Source: Tubiluchus corallicola | Lineage: Eukaryota; Animalia; Priapulida | Direction: 5' to 3' | Length of the DNA stretch: 64,000 bases | NCBI GenBank assembly: GCA_030141605.1 | Contig: JAQGDQ010000183.1 | Span: forward strand, 238,241-302,240 | In this document: positions 1 to 11,326 of the stretch, one piece after another | Layout: each line of letters begins with the position of its first letter | Numbering within the stretch: position 1 is the stretch's first letter | Made by a program: the position numbers and the translations under genes | The notes under the pieces: model-generated | The model's database searches: none | What the model was told of the DNA's origin: nothing | Seen by the model: only the letters and a program-made list of their open reading frames with translations

Positions 1-99
1 ATTGCAGGATATTGTTAGAAACAATGGCTTGCCATGAAAATACTGTTGCCTGATTCTATTGCTCGGTTGGCACAATAGACAACATTTAAAACAATAGCA

Positions 100-950
100 A
101 ACCTACTTTGCGTCATTCTGATCGATCTGCAGAATTGACTACAAAAGTGGGTAAAAGTAATTATAAAATTATGAATTATTATTTAGTATTATTGACTTCA
201 CAATAATGATCCGTGAATAATATTTTCTACTGAAATTCGAATCATTGGCTGCACTTGGGATATTCTAAAACATGATTGTTCTATATACAGCACTATGCAA
301 ACCTAAACAAAGGAAGAAAAATGCAGAATTTTTTCTCTCCAAAATTATTATTGATGGAGCTGAGCAGTAGTTTCGTGTAGTTTTGGTTCTGCATAATAAT
401 TATGTTGTTAAACAGGTATGCTCAACTATAATCTCTTAATTGTTACCTGCTGTGTTATAAGGTCTAATTTATGTCAGATAATTAATATTTCGAAGTTAAT
501 CAAGACTGATGAAAATTTTACACCTACTTTACGCCTAATTGAAACTGTGTATTATTACATGAGCAACAGCTGAACTGACTTTTAGAAGGTTTGTACTTTC
601 TAGTCCAATAGTAATCTGCCTAGAAGACTGCTCAACGTATTTGTTATGACATCCACCACAACCATACATGTAAACGACACTAGACTGACTAATCTGAGAA
701 GATTTTGGATTCGCGTTTACCGGAAGGGATTAACAAATACACTGGGCACTCCAAACAGATGTTCTCTCGGATTAGAGAGCACCAAAGAGACGGTTGAGAG
801 TCAGTTACCACGTGGAAAATTCCAACTAGGCCTGCTGATGATAAATTTAAAATCGTGTGATTTTCATACGAATCCATTTGGATACAAGGACTGTACATAG
901 GTATATGTCGTGCGATTAAAAATTCTTCAAAGTCATAAATTATCATAAAA
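100..950 (-). mobile_element. Highly decayed non-LTR retrotransposon (LINE) RT remnant
   Basis: Minus-strand fragments loosely resemble the RT region around 'PIFK.G...NYRPISL' (LIPSGKRESKIFSD), with many stops and frameshifts; boundaries approximate. Confidence 0.3.
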
Positions 951-1284
951 TAAAGGTTAAATTATAAAGAATATTTACTATCATTTTGAGGGTGAGCATT
1001 ATCTGTCCAAAAGCGAATTCGAATCGAAACAAATACAAATAAAAATATAGCATTGGCTTGGGCATTCACCAAAACTACCCCGGGAATCTTTCTTCTTGCA
1101 GCATCACCCTGAAGCTCTTGAAAAGAAAAAAAAGCCGAGAGGAGGTCAGCTACTGACGTCTACAGAGATACTGCAAAAAGATTTAGCAAATACAGTGGCA
1201 GTGGCGGTGGACAGGAAGATTTAGCAAATACAGTGGCAGTGGCGGTGGACATGAATGAGTGGCATCAACAGGTAGAACCTAGAT

Positions 1285-1285
1285 A

Positions 1286-1351
<66 letters not shown>

Positions 1352-1358
1352 ATGATGA
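1285..1358. repeat. (GAT)n microsatellite
   Basis: Near-perfect GAT run. Confidence 0.95.
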
Positions 1359-1669
1359 GGCTATATCCCAGAAAATTGTTTATATAAAGTTATATTACTT
1401 AGCATTACGCTTTCCTGTTTGAAAGACTTTTGTAATTGGAAAGGAAAATTCTTATTATTTTAAAATGTTCGCGCCACCTGGTAAAACATTAGTGTCGGCC
1501 AATCACATCCCAGTGTGCACCACTAATTCATCTAAAACATGTTATTAATTTTATTGACAAGATAAGTGGTAATTTATGCTTTTGCTGTAGTGTGTGGTAC
1601 GAATGCTCTGATTGTTTTTTCAAACTTTATGCAATGTCACGCTTGTTTAAACGACTTATCTTTAAAATG

Positions 1670-1670
<1 letters not shown>

Positions 1671-1745
<75 letters not shown>

Positions 1746-1980
1746 TGTTGGTTCTGTTATTGTTAATTTTGTTGTTTTATTAATGCTGCTGTTACCGTTG
1801 TTGCTATTGCTGTTGCCATTCTTGTTGTTGTTGCCGTTCAAGTCGCTATTGCTGTTATTGTTGTTGTGGTTGTTGTTGTTGTTGTTGTTCTGTCATCGTT
1901 GTCGTCATCTTCGTCATCATCATCGTCAGTGGCAAAATCATAATCATCACCGCCATCACCATTGTCACTGTTGCTGATGT
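1671..1980. repeat. (CAT)n microsatellite followed by GTT/CAT low-complexity tract
   Basis: Perfect CAT run at 1671-1745, then degenerate triplet repeats; explains the poly-His, poly-Ser and poly-Leu ORFs. Confidence 0.95.
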
Positions 1981-3544
1981 GCCAATAGATAGAGATGAAT
2001 GATGGTGACAACAGTGACAGTCATGTTGCTGTTATGACGCTTATATTCATTCTACTTTGCATGCGACAGGGAGGTCACTTTTGTTCCATAGACCCAATGA
2101 TTTTACTACTTGAGGTTATGAATTTTAAATAATATGTTTATTTACTGCGTATTAATAATGTAATTATATTCCTATAAATTGTTTACTTGTATAGATGTGT
2201 TTGTGTGCAATGAATTTAATTTTTATTTTAATTATTAGATTTTAGTTAAGGCTATCTTAATTTCACAGATTTTGTGTATCGTATTGTATTTTTATATGGA
2301 CTTTCTTATTTGAAATAAAATTAGAATCAATCAATCAACAGTCATGACAAAAATGTTTGTGGTAGTAACGATGATAATGATGATTGCAATGATGTTGGCA
2401 GCGACGTTGATTACGGCACTTGTAGCAGCAGCGAGAGTGACAGTGATTACTACTGCATAAATGGTTATTGCTGGTACGGCACCCTGTGGCATAGTTTTGT
2501 GACACTTTAAACTTTTGATAACTACAATGATTTAAATTCAGTTCACATTTTATGTAAAATGCTTTTACTGTAGCGTGCTTGGCTAGTGGGAATAAATAAT
2601 AGGCCTGCTCACCTTTCAAATTTGGCAAAACTTGCAAAGCACAAATCATAGTAGCAGTTCTTAGTGGAATTCTGTTTTTAGTTTTGCTTAAAGTTTCTAA
2701 GTGTTTGTTTAAAGAGTGAATTGGAGGCATTTCAGATTTTGCTGAAAGAATTTTCAAATGTGAACACAGGGGTGAGATAATCATTCAATGCAATAAATGG
2801 CACACGTGAAATTTGCTTTGCTTATACAACAAAACAGACAATATGTAGGGGCGTCTCTAGGTAGTTCGACGCCCTAGGAAAAGTACTTTTAGCGCCCCCT
2901 CCTCAGCGATCAACCCCTCCACCCCACGGTCCACCCCCACTCCCAATATTGATTTTCTTTGTATGATATTATAATAAATTACAGTGGTGCCGTGTATATA
3001 GTATATAATGTATTATAGTACATTAAGTGTAGTCAATTACCTATCTACAGCTTGTGTTGATTGAATTTGAAGTTGAATTTATGACGCCAGTACGTCTTGA
3101 GTGCTGTGTAAAATGGCGTAATCTTATAAAAAACTTGATAAAGAAAAACTAAAAAGTGTTTTTCTTTATCAAGTTTTTTATAAAACTCGTACGTTTCGAC
3201 AGTAAAATAACGTAACTAGTTTGTTTCGTTTAATTAATGTTGTGCACTTACACATACAACGTGTTATTACTCAGGCTAAATTTCAAAATTAAAGAATTAC
3301 TTCCAAAATTTGGTGGCCCCAAAAAATTGACGCCAAGGCAATTGCCTAGTTTGCCAAATGGCAGACCTAGGCAATAAGGCGGTAAAAATTGGAGATAAAG
3401 TAATAAAAAAGTAGAAAAGGAAAAAGAAAAACTAAGCAAAGTATTTCTTAATTTGTTTTAAACTCTTTTCTTTTCTTGCTGTTTGATTAGACAATGTTGC
3501 TTTTTTGTCAATGTTATTACAAAATAAATACCATCACAATGCAT

Positions 3545-3865
3545 TTAAGACCCAGAAGTCTGATTCACGTTTTGCCTGTAGCAACGATTTCTCCAATCTT
3601 CGCTATAAGGCCACTTGTCCATATTCCGAGTGCAGCAATCTTTGTACACTTTTGCGCTCAATACATTCTTAAAATTCTTCATCTCCTCGGTACAAAGTTG
3701 GCAGCGTTTTATAGTTTTGAAACCTAAAAATGTCTTCTTGTTACAGTGACCAATGTCCAGCTCCATTAACTCTTTCACACGATTTGGTCCACACCCGCGA
3801 GTCATTAAGAACATAGCAAAGAGAACCATAGGAACGCTGACACCATAATTAATAGAAAGCGCCAT
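3545..3865 (-). CDS. Candidate secreted cysteine-rich peptide (106 aa)
   Basis: ATG directly follows an acceptor-like tattgcag. Hydrophobic leader MALSINYGVSVPMVLFAMFLMTRGC, then six Cys spaced C-x13-C-x2-C-x18-CC-x16-C. Possible upstream 5'UTR exon with donor CAG|GTATTT at 4025/4024. Confidence 0.45.
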   Translation of the reverse strand: MALSINYGVSVPMVLFAMFLMTRGCGPNRVKELMELDIGHCNKKTFLGFKTIKRCQLCTEEMKNFKNVLSAKVYKDCCTRNMDKWPYSEDWRNRCYRQNVNQTSGS

Positions 3866-5329
3866 CTGCAATATACAAAGTGACATAACATGCTCAGCTA
3901 AGAAGTTTCTTTTTTGTTTTAACTTTCGTCTTTCGAAATGAAGTAGAAAGTAGAAGTAGTATCTCTTCAGAAAGCAGTAAATTGTGAGCGCCATATTTAG
4001 GCAAAAAAATCTTTGACAAAATACCTGTAGATTTAAAAGCAGCAGTCAGATTGGGGTAACAACTCGAGCGCTTCAAGTTCAAGACTTGTCCTTTTTGGCG
4101 TCTAAACTGAAAGTTACCATCATTTCATACTACAGTAGTTTTGACACGTGACTAACGCAACTAAAACTGCATGGTTGCTAAGATACGAAAGAATGGACAA
4201 CAAAAAGGGGTCTTTTTTCTCTGTAGGGATTTTTAATACGTTATAACACCCATCGTTGAATCCAACTATTCCCAGCCCTACCCTCGACTCATTCCCTAGC
4301 TACAGAGATAAGAGGTATGTTTTCGCCCCCCCCCCCCAACCACCGTGTCCCCTGTTAGCACCGATTCGAAAAATAAACCATCAATAAGATGGCCCGAGAT
4401 CAAGGCCTTTCGTATAATATATAGATCGTCGAATATGGAGCCATTATATAGATATGTGATTGAATTTGAAGTTGAATCTGATGTTGAATTAGAGAACATC
4501 TGAAACTATTTCTTGGAAGAAACGAGATATTTGAGTCGGATGTGACTCGTTGGGCAAGTTTTTTATTTTGCAAATTCTAGATGATATAGTGGTATGTTAT
4601 TTTGTAATCACATAACGAACAGTGTGGTGTGTAAGCTAAACCTCATAAAGACATTACAAATAGTTATATTTGACGTACAATAAAATGTCATGTTAATATG
4701 CCTTTTCACAGTTTTCTTGTGCGCACGCACAGTTTCTTAAGGTCAAAGGTTAAGTGTACCACGGCAACGCGTCTTAATTACAGCCATCACATGTGGGTAA
4801 AGCAAAGCTGTCTGCCACGTCAGTTCAGTATCTTCAGTTGTTCTACGTGGAGCTTCTTAATTATGCCACAGTCTGTGCACAGAGTGATTTACTAGTGGGA
4901 TCTTGCTTGGGAACACGAAAAAATGTACTAGGCAAGGTTCTATAGCTAGCATTCGTCCCTTTTCTTAATTACTTTTACAATTGTTTGGGATGTGAGGCAT
5001 TGTCAAGTGTACACAGATGCGTTGTCTGGTACACTTAATGTCACTTATGACTTATAGTACACTTAAGATCACTTATGACTTTTTTCAAGATCATCATTAA
5101 TCGCTGGAACTGTGAAAAGGCTTATTAATGTGTGCAACTTCCAAGTGTTAATAATCACTGGCTTTGCAAAGAATTCTGTGTATTGCTTGTCTATTTCATA
5201 TAGTGTTCTGTTTACACTGCTTACAGTAAAGAGACGAATAAGCAATACATGCTGATTACATGTACAAGTTGTCTCTTCTGTCACATACTTCAACTTCTTT
5301 AAATGTCAAAAGATTTTTCTAAATCGTTT

Positions 5330-6725
5330 CTTTGGTGAAGAAGCGCTGTATTAGGAGAAGCGATACTGCGTGAAATCCAATTTATAGTATTCTTAAACGC
5401 AATTACAATTGTTAAAAAATCTTAAGTCCATCTAAAATTTAGAGTGGTTATCTAAATTAATAACGCTGTGCATTTAACTAATTTAAAAGTGTTTGTAGTA
5501 AAGCAGTTTTAAACAGTGATTCTGACGATTTAAACAAAATTAGCATTGACTAAAATTATTGTACAATGGTGCTCTAGAATTTTGTAATCTTGCCTTTCCA
5601 TAGCCTGGTCTTGATTTTGATAATAAAAGTTGTCGTCTTTCCAATTCTCTCGTGTTATGTTGCATGATTTTGCTATTATACCATTGTTTTAATTTAGCTG
5701 TCACTGTATCACATGTTACAATCCGGGGTAACAAAAAGGCTTTTCTAAAATCTATATATTTCTTGATAGGAATTATCTTGGCTTGTTTTAATCTTTCTTC
5801 GACATTGTTTATCGTCTCACTCAGAATTATTTAACCATTTGCTCTGTAAATTACAATTTTTTAAATTATTTTTGTTGCCCCATATTGCACAACAGTTGGG
5901 GTAGTACAATGGCGTTATACTGCAGTACTGTTACTGCTGTACTTAGACAGGGCCTGGTACTTTTTAATATACCTACTGTGGTGGAGATCGCTGGCATCTA
6001 TTAGAATTAGATAGAACATTGTAGAATGTTCCATTAGAATAATCGTCTTACCTTGTAGAATGTTCTAGAAAGAAACGTCTAGAATGTTCCCTGGCACCCT
6101 ATATAAGGCGAAGCAGGCCGCTGACACGGGAGCACGCAGATCTCGCACGGACGTATACTTACACATTCTCTTGTATACTTGTATTTTCAGATATACTCAA
6201 ACGTTTTCCAGATTTTCACGTTTAGTGTAATCATTTCGCGTTCCTTCATACTTTTGTGTTGTAGAATTCTCGCTTAATAACCTAGTTTAATTTGACGAAG
6301 TGTTTTCTGGTTTTCTCTACGAGCCTTCCGAGAAAAACAAAACACAACACCTACTTTTTGTACGATTTAGCATCTTATAGTTTCGAAATGTGACTATTTC
6401 AAGTAAATTGCTGATCTATGACAACTAATGTTTCTCCTGTTTCACTTGTTTTAAAACAGAATCGTTATGTTAAAATTAGTTTTTGTGGCACGTGCCTGCA
6501 TTTGGGCAGCTACATACTAACACAGTTTTTGTTTTACCCCATTTATTTTGCAGCCAACTGTAAAATTTTATTAGTATCGACATGCAGTTTTCTTTTTCTT
6601 TCATTAAGATTTTTGTCTCCAATTGTATGCATTACCGTCAGCTGTAAACATTGCCATTTAGCAGTAATTGACATTTTTAGACAAATCATTAATATAGAAC
6701 AAAATGACAACGGACCTAATATACT
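5330..6725 (-). mobile_element. Old CR1/L2-like LINE RT fragment, interrupted by a solo LTR
   Basis: Minus strand near 6630-6720 reads LGPL/FVLYINDLSKNVNYC*MAMFTADG, a degenerate GP.LF..YINDL...FADD motif; decayed downstream sequence. Confidence 0.55.
5977..6349 (+). mobile_element. Solo LTR (373 bp)
   Basis: TGT...ACA termini, exact 5-bp TSD CCTAC (5972-5976 and 6350-6354), TATATAA near 6100; unrelated to the Gypsy LTRs. Confidence 0.8.
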
Positions 6726-6880
6726 ATATATCTATCGTAAACAACAATATATTGTATATCTACCACAAACAACAATATATTGTATATCTACCACAAACAA
6801 CAATATATTGTATATCTACCACAAACAACAATATATTGTATATCTACCATAAACAACAATGTATTGTATATCTACTATCA
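6722..6880. repeat. 28-bp minisatellite, about 5-6 copies
   Basis: Unit caacaatatattgtatatctaccacaaa. Confidence 0.9.
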
Positions 6881-6939
6881 AACACTTCATAAAGTTCGTA
6901 AAGTTTGTCTAAATTTTCATCAATTTTGCTATGTTACAG

Positions 6940-7155
6940 ATTTCTTGGTATGTGGTGCACCCTGGTTTGAACATGAACAACGAACCACAACAACAGAATG
7001 ATATTGCTCTTGTGCGAATGAACGAACGTGTTGAATTTACAAATGATATTCAGCCTGCCACATTGCCTGCTTGTAACAACTATACTTACATCAATAAAGA
7101 TGTAATTGTCATCTTGGGGTCAAATTGGATGGGGTATACAAAACGCTTAACATAG
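6940..7155 (+). pseudogene. Orphan trypsin-like (S1) serine protease exon
   Basis: After acceptor ttacag it reads ISWYVVHPGLNMNNEPQQQNDIALVRMNERVEFTNDIQPATLPAC: the HP..NDIAL catalytic-Asp region plus the I.P..LP motif. The GWG-like motif is out of frame, and the His and Ser exons were not found. Confidence 0.7.
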
Positions 7156-7162
7156 TAATAGT

Positions 7163-7480
7163 TTTCTTCTTCTTCTTCTTCCGTTGCTCTAAAAATATTT
7201 TGTAGACACAGAGCTCCTATCTTGCATTAGAGCACACCAGTGTTTCTTGGCTGCAGCTAAAATGTTCAACTGCTTCGCTGATATTGTTAAGTTTGGTTTC
7301 AGCTCTTGTAAATCTTTATTAATTCTTCATATTCAAGTTGATTTTGGTTTGCCTGACGGTCGCTTAGCAGGTTTCAGTGTCTCGTTTATTGCTAATCTTA
7401 CTGGTGTTGTTTTTGGCATCTCATTCTCATTAATGTCCTTCCCATTTTAGCCTTTCGATTTCAATTTTAGTGCTCTAAAG
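7163..7480 (-). mobile_element. RTE-type LINE 3' fragment
   Basis: Minus strand reads RLKWEGH...KRPSGKPKSTWI*RINKDL (RL.W.GH...R..GRP...W motif) and ends in a (GAA)n tail at 7165-7181. Confidence 0.6.
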
Positions 7481-7587
7481 TTCATATGAATGTACAATTG
7501 TACATACATTACCCAATCGCATGCTTACATATACATAATAATATATAACAGACATACATGCTACACATACATACATATGAACACGTA

Positions 7588-9448
7588 AGTAGTAGAGATG
7601 TTTTGCCTCTGGCCGATATGCCACGCCCCCTTTGGATCTGCCCGGGGGGGGGGGGGAAACACCCCTAAAAAAGTGCGAAAATCCGGAAACACCCCTAAAA
7701 AAGTGAAGTGGCTCTATTGTCGTGCTAGTTAAGTGACCAATTTAAGGATTAGGAGTGACGGTTGGTCGACGGGCCACGCCCCCCTCGACTGCCGGGGGTG
7801 GGAACAAAAATCACCCCCCTAAAAAAGTGAAGTGGGTCTATTGTTGCGCTAGTTAAGTGCTCGATTTAAGGATTAGGAGTGACGGTTGGGACTCGCGCAC
7901 GTTTTGGGGGGGGGGGGGGTGCGCCCGGCGAGAACACCCCCCCCTCCGCGGTAAATGCAGTCGTCCGTTCGACACGCGCTCGCTGCGCACTTTGCTTGCT
8001 CCACCCTAATTGTGGCTAATCCGGTAATCGACTCTCGCCGCCTAGCTGGCCGCTAGCTAGATAATGGGCTAAAAGATTTCTCTACCCACGTGCAGCAGTG
8101 CACAGTCTCGTCGTCGTTAAATGGTTAGGATGTTCTTTTATGCGAGTCTAAATTGCCTTGCAATTTTTAAAAATTTTACCCCACCCTCATCCGGGTTAGA
8201 ATGTTCTTTTATGCGCGTCTAAGTTGCGATACAATTTTTAAAAATTTTATCCTACCTTTATCCGAGATGGATGGATGCCGTCACCGAAAAAGCCTTCTTC
8301 GCTCCATCCAATGCGGTCGCATCGTGCAACATACAGTCTACTCACACGCGCACACACCGCCGAGCACGATTGTTAGCACGGGCCGACCATTAGCACGAGC
8401 GTCACCACGCGTCACCGAGCATGATTAATTTCTGAGTCGTCGCCGAAAAGCCTCCTTCGCTTCATCCAATGTGGTCGCATCGTGCAACATACAGTCTACT
8501 CACACGCGCACACACCGCCGAGCACGATTGTTAGCACGGACTGACCATTATCACGTGTAACATACAGTCTACTCACACCTCGCCGAACATGATTAATTTC
8601 TGGGTTTCTTTATTTTTTGTCAACTGTATCCAACGATGATGATGATGATGACGCGGTATTACCTAAAGCAGAGCCTGATCTTTGATCGTCATCCACTTTT
8701 TTATCCGTCAGAACAATAATAACTAACGTTAGTTAAAATTATCTTTTCATTTTGATATATCAATGTGTCAATCTGATTTTCTTAAGTAATTGTCAAACCC
8801 TTCGTTTCTCAGCAGTAAAAGTTAAAACAAAACCAAAACCAATGGCTAAATATGTCAAGCAAAATATTTTTCCTAGCTGAGTAGATAATCACAGCGTGCT
8901 GAATGTTTTCTTAATTATACAATTTCCAACTCACCACGAGTACCACTGATTCGCTTCACGTAAAAGTGACAGACCATGTCTGACAACATTCTTGCCACGC
9001 GGCGGTCTCACTTCTTAACATGATCACGTGACGAAAATTCAACCTTCGATTCTCAATACGATTTTAACACCGATGCGCGCCGTTGCGTAACGACGCGTAT
9101 AGCTGCTGCCACGCGACCCCATGCAACGATTATTATTAAATTTTCGACATTCTGAATCCTTCCCGCCTGTCTGATTGCATTAGCAACTGAGCGAATAAAG
9201 TTCTTGCATTAGTTTAATATCATTTCGCACTGTTGAATTTGGAGTTGTCTGTCTGCGTGTCTGCCTCTGTTAATTCCTCATTGAAGAGCTCGCACACCTG
9301 CGGAAAGTAACGTGTGACACTCAGTTTGCCTCGAAAGTCACTGTTGTTGCGCTGCTGATAAATACTTGAGTTTCATGTGGAAATTATTATCCATAAAAAT
9401 GAAAAATAATTGTATTATATTATACTATTGCTTTCACGCTGTCTGAAT
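7588..9448 (+). repeat. Left arm of large inverted repeat
   Basis: High-identity reverse complement of 11327-13175; ORFs 8201..8428(+) and 12347..12574(-) mirror each other. Confidence 0.95.
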
Positions 9449-9502
9449 TATTAGCTGAACCGTCCAACGCGCCGAGAAATTTAAAGATAATACAATAGAT
9501 AT

Positions 9503-10652
9503 AAACGAAGCCGATAACGAGGCATTCTATCAAACACGGGTTAGTAAAACGAAAATCCGTTTACTTACTCAGTTTCTGCGCCTATCTGTGTTTTCTGGCA
9601 TTAAGCAAAAATTTACTTATACTCGTCTCTCCCCGAAAATGGTTTTGAACTTGCAGTTCACTTTTGTAGAACAAATCACACAAAATAAACTGAGAATTAG
9701 CCACTTCTATTTCAGTGTGTCCTGAAACTGCAAGAATAAAATTACTGAATAGGCTAGGCATAGATGCTCTGTGCCTTCCGCCGATTTCCGGGGTGGGGAT
9801 TTCCCCGGGGGGGGGGAACAATTTAGGTGCGTGAAAATCCGAAACACCCCTTAAAAAAAAAGCGAAGTGGTTTGTTGGCGTCAAAGCAGTCCCGGGGCGA
9901 CCACCCCGGGGGGCGACGGCGACGGCCCAATAATCGACGTCACATGCTCCCGATCGCCAAAGTGGAATCAAAATCACCCCCTAAAAAAAGTGAAGTGGGT
10001 CTATTGTTGCGCTAGTTAAGTGCTCGATTTAAGGATTAGGAGTGACGGTTGGGACTCGCGCACGTTTTGGGGGGGGTGCGCCCGGCGAGAACACCCCCCT
10101 CCGCGGTAAATGCAGTCGTCCGTTCGACGCGTGCTCGCGCACTTTGCTCCACTCTGATTGTGGCTAATCAGGTAATCGACTCTCGCCGTCTTGTAAATTT
10201 GGCTGAGCTAGATAATGGGCTAAAGATTTTCTACGGTGCGGCAGTCAGTCGTCGTCGTTGAATGGTTTTAGGGTAATTTTTTTATGAGTCTAAATAGCCT
10301 TTGCAATTTTTAAAATTTTACCCACTCCTTCATCGGGTTAGAATGTTCTTTTATGCGCGTCTAAGTTGCGATACAATTTTTAAAAATTTTGTCTACTTTA
10401 TCTGAGATGGATGGTGCCGTCACCGAAAAAGCCTTCTTCGCTCCATCAATGCGGTCGCATTGTGCATATGCAGTCTACTCACGTGCGCACACCGCCGAGC
10501 ACATTGTTAGCGGGCCGACCATTAGCACGTGCGTCACCACGCGTCGCCGAGCATGATTAATTTCTGAGTCGTCGCCGAAAAGCCTCCTTCGCTTCATCCA
10601 ATGTGGTCGCATCGTGCAACATACAGTCTACTCACACGCGCACACACCGCCG
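9503..10652 (+). repeat. Third, partial and indel-rich copy of the arm terminus plus ~250 bp of its right-hand flank
   Basis: 9503-9757 is the reverse complement of about 13176-13432 (3' end of the IF exon plus intron); 9758-10652 repeats the first ~0.9 kb of the arm with many 1-2 nt indels. Confidence 0.9.
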
Positions 10653-11326
10653 ACCACCTAAATACTTTATTAGTCAGTTTAGAAAGCCTGCTGTTAAAAA
10701 AAGCTGTTTATGAAGTATTTTGAATTTTTCTGGAATCAGTGCCATGCAAGTCGAAGTCGTGTCTGACTCTGAGATGATGAGTAATTTTTTCAACAAAGGG
10801 TAGACGGTACCTGTGCTATATTGTGCTTGCTGTACATTCAAACGCGAATTTTTAGTCTAATAGTAAAGCGCCTCAGTTTTTTTTCTCTTTGTACATCTAG
10901 ACGCGCTTAAATAGCCGCGGGTGTCATGTCTCGCAAGTCAATTAAGTCCTCATTAGCTAGGTAGTCGAGTCAATTAGCGGATTAAGCAATAGACAGGTGC
11001 CCGCCTTGGCGTTTGATCAGATGAGTGCATTCGCTGTGGGAGGCATATCAACTCCCATTCATTAGTCTTGCAAATCTAGCAATGATTCTAAAACCGATAC
11101 GCAATGTTTTCTCTGTCGCAAAATGCTCAGTGACACACCTACCTTGCCAGAAAGTGGTATGCGTGACTTTGCTTTACTGGAGGCCAGCGCTACAATATTG
11201 AGCACTGACTGGTGCATCGTAATAAGGATCTGCCCCAGAAACCCAGAATCGTGATTACCATGATCTGCTGGTGTTTACAATGACCACTCGTGGTCTATAG
11301 GTTTTTGTGTACAGTTCAAATAGTAG

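Noticed and set aside
1566-1977. Poly-His, poly-Ser and poly-Leu proteins; also the ER/SL ORFs at 31977-32307
   Set aside because: Microsatellite translations.
2335-2784. 149-aa minus-strand ORF and possible exon at about 2614-2741
   Set aside because: The C-terminal part is low-complexity triplet sequence; splice-like sites exist but no motif or partner exon could be established.
8201-8428. Duplicated 75-aa gene (also 12347-12574)
   Set aside because: Spans internal repeats of the inverted arms, has no recognisable domain, and is frameshifted in the third copy.
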